DNA of 64,000 nt from Klebsiella phage vB_KpM_FBKp24, in sequence record MW394391.1. One strand, given 5' to 3'. Numbering within the stretch: the first letter of the stretch is position 1; the number at the start of each line of letters is the position of its first letter. Shown here one piece after another: positions 63,274 through 64,000 of the stretch. Below the pieces are notes generated by a model. That model worked only from the letters and a program-made list of their open reading frames with translations. It ran no database searches and was not told the origin of the DNA. The position numbers and the translations under genes were made by a program.

Positions 63274-64000
63274 ATGGCCAAAAGAGAAAAAATAGATCTT
63301 GATCGTTTTGACGATTTTGATCTCGAAGATAACTGGGGTATGGACAGAGAACCTACTCCGGCGCGCGACGGTAGCGGGAAGCGCGAAGCGGTTAAAAAAG
63401 CAGGGAAGACCGTATTACGGGAAATGGGGAAAACTACCTTCACCACGCAGATGGCGAAAACCATTCTGAAAGAGGCGATGCCGCGTTCCTTTACGACAAC
63501 CCTGGATAATATCGACCGCGGTCTCATCGACACCCGTGCACTCTATGCTGAGGTCCGGCGTGATGCCTCCCCGATGGTCAGGGAGATGAAGGCATTAGGT
63601 AGAACGGTCAACCGTTTAGTGCCTACACCATACCAAAAGAAAATTGACGCGTACCTCAGTCGTCAGAGTGCCACTGATAACTCTGGGAAACAACTCGCAG
63701 CACTGAATATCGAAGATGCGGCGGTTCTACAATCCCTGGCACAAGTTTTCAACCAGGAAGAAAGTAAAACTAAACAAGAGAGTACGGACGAGCTCACTGA
63801 GAAATTAACGGATCAGAAATACAAAGTGAAGCTGGGTACCGCTATTGCGAGTATTCAGAATTTACTGGCGAAGCAAACTGCTTATCAATTTGGTGCACAA
63901 CGTGCATTTCAAAAGAAAAGTATGGAGCTTCAAATAAGACAGCTGATGGTCTCACGGGCTCATTTGGATGTCGCTCAAAAATCCGCGATTGAAACGTCGA
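63274..64000 (+). CDS. hypothetical protein, 5' part (>=242 aa, continues past window end)
   Basis: ATG 63274 after AAGGGA; open frame to end: MAKREKIDLDRFDDFDLEDNWGMDREP...; divergent from RNAP genes. Confidence 0.5.
   Translation, partial: MAKREKIDLDRFDDFDLEDNWGMDREPTPARDGSGKREAVKKAGKTVLREMGKTTFTTQMAKTILKEAMPRSFTTTLDNIDRGLIDTRALYAEVRRDASPMVREMKALGRTVNRLVPTPYQKKIDAYLSRQSATDNSGKQLAALNIEDAAVLQSLAQVFNQEESKTKQESTDELTEKLTDQKYKVKLGTAIASIQNLLAKQTAYQFGAQRAFQKKSMELQIRQLMVSRAHLDVAQKSAIETS

Noticed and set aside
1-64000. tRNA, rRNA, CRISPR arrays, transposase/integrase, inteins/homing endonucleases
   Set aside because: No GGTTCGA-type T-loop plus acceptor pairing found in the larger intergenic gaps (e.g. 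50345-50504, 21941-22059, 34348-34469). No direct-repeat/spacer periodicity. No recognisable transposase, integrase, HNH or GIY-YIG motifs in any ORF.

Overview
Dense, almost intron-free phage-like coding region in three blocks. All coordinates are 1-based. Left arm (1-16.2 kb, minus strand): short early-type genes including nucleotide and NAD metabolism (HD-domain hydrolase, dUTPase, PnuC nicotinamide-riboside transporter, NadR-like NMN adenylyltransferase/NR kinase lacking the HTH domain, NADAR/YbiA-like protein, SspB-like ClpXP adaptor homolog lacking the ClpX-binding tail) and many small membrane proteins. Middle (16.3-47.5 kb): a 13-gene array of tailspike/depolymerase-like right-handed beta-helix proteins, 8 on the minus strand then 5 on the plus strand, switching at ~36.8 kb. 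Seven share a conserved N-terminal anchor domain (the ...KISEL...LR..L.FENAF... motif) and six lack it. Small non-structural inserts include a very acidic 133-aa protein. Right arm (47.6-64 kb, mostly minus): virion/morphogenesis-type genes, including a T4 gp21-like prohead protease and two subunits of a multisubunit (double-psi beta-barrel) RNA polymerase: a 1492-aa beta-like protein (GDK..G..[25 protein letters not shown].FHPS motifs) and a 543-aa beta-prime N-terminal-like protein (NADFDGD-type GADFDGDRCTF motif). Two recurrent intergenic sequence motifs (TTTTCAAGnCTATATCAC upstream of left-arm genes; TTTGTTTCGTATGAC upstream of tailspike genes) and a family of GAGAGGGG/CCCCTCTC terminator hairpins suggest phiKZ-like early/late transcription driven by phage-encoded RNAP. 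No rRNA, tRNA, CRISPR array or transposon was recognised. Functional calls rest on motif-level recognition from memory, not database searches.
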